A stretch of 62,107 nt of DNA, counting the filler. It is 9 parts of 9 records of this genome, joined end to end, with 100 filler letters (N's around TTAATTAATTAA, not from the genome) between each part and the next. Parts side by side here need not be neighbours in the genome. Positions count along the whole stretch, not along the records: positions 54,904 to 62,107 come from SRR31156797_38115; 8 more parts are not named here. One strand, given 5' to 3'. Position numbers and translations under genes: made by a program. Below, piece by piece: positions 57,661 through 62,107 of this stretch. Below the pieces are notes generated by a model. It did no database searches. It saw only the letters and a program-made list of their open reading frames with translations, and was not told the origin of the DNA. The stretch's first letter is position 1, and every line of letters starts with the position of its first letter.

Positions 57661-58338
57661 ATGGAATACTTTATGAAACAGATGGTACTTGTTGTTGAAG
57701 ATGAACCTCGGCTTGCAGAAATCCATCGAAAATATCTAGAGCAGGCAGGCCATGAAACGCACATTCTGGATGATGGAAATGCAGTTACGACCTGGGTCAG
57801 AAAAAACGATCCTGCCCTTATTCTGCTTGACCTTATGCTGCCGGGATGCGACGGACTCGATATTTGCAAAGAAATCCGTCAGTTTTCCAACATCCCAATC
57901 ATTATGGTAACCGCACGTATAGAAGAGATAGACAGACTCCTTGGCCTGGAGTTGGGAGCTGATGACTATATTTGCAAACCCTTTAGCCCGCGTGAAGTTG
58001 TGGCAAGGGTTAAGGCTGTACTGCGTCGTAATTCTCCAACCCTGAAGAGTGAAGAATTATTAGTCCTCGACCAAGAATGTTACACGGCAAGGGTTAAGGG
58101 GGAAAAACTCGATTTAACCGCGGTAGAATTTCGCCTGCTGAATATTCTTGCCGCCAGACCTGGGCAAATTTTCTCCCGTGATCAATTGATGGACCGTATT
58201 TATACAGACCAACGCGTTGTGTATGACCGGACGATTGACAGCCATATAAAAAATCTACGTCGCAAAATAGCAGCTATTGACCCGAACCTGGAAATTATTC
58301 AGTCTGTTTATGGTGTTGGGTATAAATATGAATTTTGA
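57661..58338 (+). CDS. BaeR-like OmpR-family response regulator (start may be 57673)
   Basis: VVEDE, LLDLMLP, GADDYICKPFSPREVVARV, RTIDSHIKNLRRK and SVYGVGY. Confidence 0.92.
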   Translation: MEYFMKQMVLVVEDEPRLAEIHRKYLEQAGHETHILDDGNAVTTWVRKNDPALILLDLMLPGCDGLDICKEIRQFSNIPIIMVTARIEEIDRLLGLELGADDYICKPFSPREVVARVKAVLRRNSPTLKSEELLVLDQECYTARVKGEKLDLTAVEFRLLNILAARPGQIFSRDQLMDRIYTDQRVVYDRTIDSHIKNLRRKIAAIDPNLEIIQSVYGVGYKYEF

Positions 58339-58392
58339 AAATGACGCATGATAATCTTATTCACTGAGCGTACGTTGTTGCAGGGGTGGCCT

Positions 58393-60531
58393 TCAGGAGG
58401 CCCACTCACTGAGCAACATATCTATCTCTTTACCTGGTAAAGGTCTGCTGAGTAGGTATCCCTGTAAATCATCACAGTTCATTGACCGCAAGGCTGAACG
58501 TTGACTCTCTGTCTCAACGCCTTCAGCAACAACATTTAAGTTAAAACTTTTTGCAATACCAATGATCGAGTGAAGCAGAGTCAGGCTATTGTCTTCTGTA
58601 TCGATTCTTTGCACAAAAGACTTATCTATTTTAAGGGTGGTGAGGGGGAAAAGCTGCAAATGACTTAAAGCAGAATAACCGGTGCCAAAATCATCAATGG
58701 CAATGGAGATGCCCATCTCTTTGAGTTGAAGCAGCATCTTGACCGCTTCATCGGTATTGTCCATCATCACCCGCTCGGTCAACTCTACTTCGAGGTAACA
58801 AGGGGCCAATCCGGTCTCGTGCAGGACGTCGACAATAAAATTAAGGAGTTTATCAAACTCGATATTATTGCCCGACAGGTTAATTGCCATGCGGCAATCT
58901 GTAAATTTACCCTCTACAACCCATTGTTGTGCTTGCATGCACGCTTCCCTTATCACCCACTCGTTAATGTTGTGAATAAAGCCACTTTCCTCGGCAAAAG
59001 GCAGGAACTCATCGGGCGAGACCAACCCTCTTTGCGGGTCGATCCAACGAATGAGAGCTTCTACCCCGCTAAGTTTGCAGGTATCATTGGTGAATTGTGG
59101 TTGATAAAAAAGGGCTAGCTCTCCATTCTCAAGGGCATTGCGAAGACGATTTCCTAACAGAAAACGTGCCTGGACAGTATCATTCATGCCCCGTTGAAAA
59201 AACATGAATTTATTGCGCCCAGCCTCCTTAGCCTCATACATGGCAGTATCAGCATTCTTCAAAAGCACGTCAATATCTCCTCCATCCTCAGGATAGAGAC
59301 TTATTCCGATACTGACGGTCAAGTGCAGGCTCTCTTTTTCGAGCTCGACAGGTCTACAGACAGTTTCAATAATCCTTTCTGCCAGTTTTGCGGCACAATC
59401 AGGTTCCTCAATATCCACAGCGATAATGGTAAACTCATCCCCGCCAATCCGAGAGATCAGAGAGGTTGATTGATCGCTGCCGGAACGGGAAATGAGATCA
59501 GCATTTCGAAATACAGCCTTGAGTCGATCAGCAACAGTAATCAGAACCTTGTCGCCAGCCGGATGTCCCAAAGTATCGTTGATGCGTTTAAAATGGTCTA
59601 AGTCGAGAAAGAAGACAGCGATCTTATTATTGTTTCGCTTTCCATTGGAGTACATTTTTGACCAATGTTCTCTAAAAAGGGCGCGATTTGCCAATCCGGT
59701 AAGATTATCATAAAAAGCTAGGTACCTAATTTTATTTTCTGCCTGTTTCAGTTCGGTTATATCTTGGACAACACCAAGAAGTAACGGACTTTTACTGTTG
59801 TCACCCTGAACAGTCTCCCCCTGATTGAGAATAATTCTCTCGGACCCGTCTTTTAGGACAATCCGATAATGGACGTTGAACGGCTCGTGAGTTTCACATG
59901 CATCAGCAATAATCTTTTGCACATGTTCCTTATCTTCCTTAATTATTTTAGAAAAAAGCATCTCATAGGTACACGGTTTGCTGAGGCCAAAAGTTTCCGG
60001 AGAAGGACTAGTGAACTGAAAATTTCCCGTGGTAAGATCCTTTTCCCAGTGACCAAGACGAGCAATATCCTGAGCTTTAAAAAGATGCTCCTGGCTCTTT
60101 TGCAATGCCTGTACCATTGCCCCGGTACGTAGCCAGTAGTGCACCCTGTAACCAATCACCAGCATATTTATCGGTTTACTAACAAAATCAGTAGCACCTG
60201 CATTGAATGCTTTGGTAATGGTCTCATCATCTTCGAGTGCTGTCACCATTATTATTGGAAAATGTTCACCGCCTGGGGATTCCCGCAGCGCCCTGCATGC
60301 GGCAAAACCGTCCATTCCCTCCATGATGACATCTAATAAAACCAGGTCTGGCAGATGGGTTTCTGTTTGCGCGACGGCATCTTCACCACTTGCTGCCTCA
60401 ATGATATTGAACCCTTCATTTTCTAAGGTGAATTTCATCTGTAACCGCGCTGAAAAGTCGTCATCGACAATTAAAACCAGTGAGGCTACAGGCACTACTG
60501 CTTGGTTTTCGTGCGTAATATTGTTGGTCAT
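58393..60531 (-). CDS. REC-PAS-GGDEF-EAL c-di-GMP turnover protein
   Basis: IVDDD/LLDVIM receiver, PAS/PAC, intact GGDEF, EAL and DDFGTGYS. Confidence 0.93.
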   Translation of the reverse strand: MTNNITHENQAVVPVASLVLIVDDDFSARLQMKFTLENEGFNIIEAASGEDAVAQTETHLPDLVLLDVIMEGMDGFAACRALRESPGGEHFPIIMVTALEDDETITKAFNAGATDFVSKPINMLVIGYRVHYWLRTGAMVQALQKSQEHLFKAQDIARLGHWEKDLTTGNFQFTSPSPETFGLSKPCTYEMLFSKIIKEDKEHVQKIIADACETHEPFNVHYRIVLKDGSERIILNQGETVQGDNSKSPLLLGVVQDITELKQAENKIRYLAFYDNLTGLANRALFREHWSKMYSNGKRNNNKIAVFFLDLDHFKRINDTLGHPAGDKVLITVADRLKAVFRNADLISRSGSDQSTSLISRIGGDEFTIIAVDIEEPDCAAKLAERIIETVCRPVELEKESLHLTVSIGISLYPEDGGDIDVLLKNADTAMYEAKEAGRNKFMFFQRGMNDTVQARFLLGNRLRNALENGELALFYQPQFTNDTCKLSGVEALIRWIDPQRGLVSPDEFLPFAEESGFIHNINEWVIREACMQAQQWVVEGKFTDCRMAINLSGNNIEFDKLLNFIVDVLHETGLAPCYLEVELTERVMMDNTDEAVKMLLQLKEMGISIAIDDFGTGYSALSHLQLFPLTTLKIDKSFVQRIDTEDNSLTLLHSIIGIAKSFNLNVVAEGVETESQRSALRSMNCDDLQGYLLSRPLPGKEIDMLLSEWAS

Positions 60532-60616
60532 TTTTCCAAAACAGTTATTTTAAGCATTTAATTTTCAAGCACGTAGACAGCATCTGCCCAGATATGAAGA
60601 ATTTACCTTGGGTGGA

Positions 60617-60649
60617 GGTAAGCGTAGACTCCGGGTAAGCGTAACTCCG
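60617..60649 (+). repeat. Short tandem duplication in an intergenic region
   Basis: GGTAAGCGTAGACTCCG followed by GGTAAGCGTAACTCCG. Confidence 0.6.
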
Positions 60650-60665
60650 ATATCAAGCACACCCA

Positions 60666-62107
60666 TTACCCGACAGAACTCTTAGTATCTTTTACCTCAC
60701 TGCAAAAACCTTTCACATCAGCTTTGAGACGTTCAAGCAGTTCCCAATAGGGTAAGTCGAGTCCCTCCCTCGTCCCCTGGTGAATATTTTCAGCCTGTTC
60801 GGCCATTTCATTTAAACCCAGTTGCAGCAGCGTCCCCTTAAGAGTATGAGCTGAAATACCAAGAGTCGAAAGGTCCTTCTGCTGCAGCGCTGAAGTCGCT
60901 TTTTCCAATTGAGTAGTAATACTTAAGTAAGAGGCGTAAAGAATTTGAGATATTTGATCAGCTGACAATTTGGTCGCATCCTTAAGGAAAGCAGCTACAA
61001 AAGCAATGGATGCGTCCTCGGTACCGGTCTTGTCCAGCGAAGCACCAGAATCAACAGCAGGGAGCTTTTCCGCTGCGCCAAGATATAGGAAACGTTGTTC
61101 CTTAAAGGCTAACTCCTGCATAACAGCAATCAGCTGTTGGGGCTTAAATGGCTTGGTGATGTAATGGTCCATTCCTGCGCTAAAACATAATTCCTTATCC
61201 CCTGCCATGGCGTGCGCTGTCATCGCTATAATGGGGATATGTTTTGACTGCAGTTTTTCTTGCAAACCTTGGACAAGTCCTGCTGGCAGGTCACGGGGTA
61301 TCTTCTCTCCTTTTTCCAACGACCGGATGATAGTAGTAGTTGTCAAACCATCCATCCGCGGCATTTGCACATCCATAAAGATTACATCAAATGAATGTAT
61401 ACTCAATTGCTTAAGAGCTTCCATCCCGTTACCCGCGGTCGCTACGTCATGATCATCCTCCAGGATCATACTAGCCACCTCCCGATTCACCACATTATCA
61501 TCAACCACGAGAATGCGCAAAGTACCAAGGGAGTCAGCCTCTGAAAGCTGCGCACGAGAAACAATCGGTTCATTGGCAGTACGCTCCAGCGGCAAGGTAA
61601 AAGAGAACGTGCTCCCCGAGCCGATGTGACTATCCACATTTAACTCGCCTCCCAATAACCCAACCAGGTGTTTGCTAATAGCAAGCCCCAGACCGGTACC
61701 CCCATATTCCCTTGTATAAGAATTATCAGCCTGTTCAAAACAGTTAAAAATGTTGGATAAATTCTCTTTCGATATCCCGATACCGGTATCGGTAACACTA
61801 AATTGCAAACGCACGTTTTCAGCCTGCACATCCTCTGCATCAACAAAGATGGTGACCGACCCTTCATTGGTAAATTTCACTGCATTACCGACAAGATTGA
61901 TGAGCACTTGCTGCAGACGGAGTTCATCCCCCATAAATGTTGAAGGAATTCCCTGGCCCTTACGGGCCCTGAGTTCTAACCCTTTTTCATCGGCGTGAAC
62001 ACCTATTGTCGCAATTATGTTATCCAGCAGATGATCAAGATTGAAAGGCTGGCGATCAATCTGTAACTGACCTGCCTCAATTTTTGAAAAATCAAGGATA
62101 TCGTTGA
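60666..62107 (-). CDS. Hybrid sensor histidine kinase (HisKA end-HATPase-REC-HPt), 5' end beyond the window
   Basis: Frame is open to the window end (NDILDFSKIEAG). NLVGNAVKFT, DTGIG, GGTGLGL, MDVQMP and HPt AHTLKG. Confidence 0.93.
   Translation of the reverse strand, partial: NDILDFSKIEAGQLQIDRQPFNLDHLLDNIIATIGVHADEKGLELRARKGQGIPSTFMGDELRLQQVLINLVGNAVKFTNEGSVTIFVDAEDVQAENVRLQFSVTDTGIGISKENLSNIFNCFEQADNSYTREYGGTGLGLAISKHLVGLLGGELNVDSHIGSGSTFSFTLPLERTANEPIVSRAQLSEADSLGTLRILVVDDNVVNREVASMILEDDHDVATAGNGMEALKQLSIHSFDVIFMDVQMPRMDGLTTTTIIRSLEKGEKIPRDLPAGLVQGLQEKLQSKHIPIIAMTAHAMAGDKELCFSAGMDHYITKPFKPQQLIAVMQELAFKEQRFLYLGAAEKLPAVDSGASLDKTGTEDASIAFVAAFLKDATKLSADQISQILYASYLSITTQLEKATSALQQKDLSTLGISAHTLKGTLLQLGLNEMAEQAENIHQGTREGLDLPYWELLERLKADVKGFCSEVKDTKSSVG

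Noticed and set aside
60617-60649. Tandem 17/16-nt repeat as a CRISPR remnant or operator
   Set aside because: Two adjacent copies with no spacer; most simply a local duplication.

Overview
This is not one locus. It is nine metagenomic contigs joined by eight artificial 100-nt linkers (44 N + TTAATTAATTAA + 44 N), so genes on opposite sides of a linker are not neighbours. Taxa below are inferred from composition and protein style only. C1 (1-8278, GC-rich, spirochaete-like): marR, DUF3179, purC, UPF0489, a 57-aa MshEN-like mini-protein, a taurine/sulfonate-type ABC transporter and YeeE/YedE. C2 (8379-14144): feoAB plus a GAF protein, divergent from a DUF134 / 2x NifB-NifX / 2x Fe-S MinD-like ATPase (orp-like) operon. 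C3 (14245-19878, Desulfobacterota-like): cooS-cooF, an FAD oxidoreductase and an HD-GYP protein. C4 (19979-26388, Desulfobacterota-like): an acyl-CoA catabolic cluster (SDR, MaoC, ACAD, HMGS-DUF35 fusion, thiolase). C5 (26489-32705) and C6 (32806-41648), low GC and probably Fusobacteriota: hydE, modD, a class III cyclase, hpt and purA; then a RavA-like ATPase, PilZ, two permeases, beta-carbonic anhydrase, FIST-PP2C and a disulfide oxidoreductase. C7 (41749-48941) and C8 (49042-54803), Bacteroidota: a PKD protein, DPP-IV and RND efflux; then hutU, hutH, LysR and a GAF protein. C9 (54904-62107, Desulfobulbales-like): an IS3 remnant, an EF-hand protein, a BaeSR-like pair, REC-PAS-GGDEF-EAL and a hybrid kinase. 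Best leads: (1) the C8 GAF protein carries the class III nucleotidyl-cyclase motifs in order around a large insertion; (2) an unannotated ~180-nt C-rich-loop sRNA behind a CiaR-like promoter in C6; (3) ~100-bp direct repeats flanking the C5 cyclase, one overlapping a 38-aa sORF transcription unit; (4) a stand-alone MshEN-like mini-protein; (5) a MITE-like element shared by C3 and C4. No rRNA, tRNA or CRISPR array was seen.
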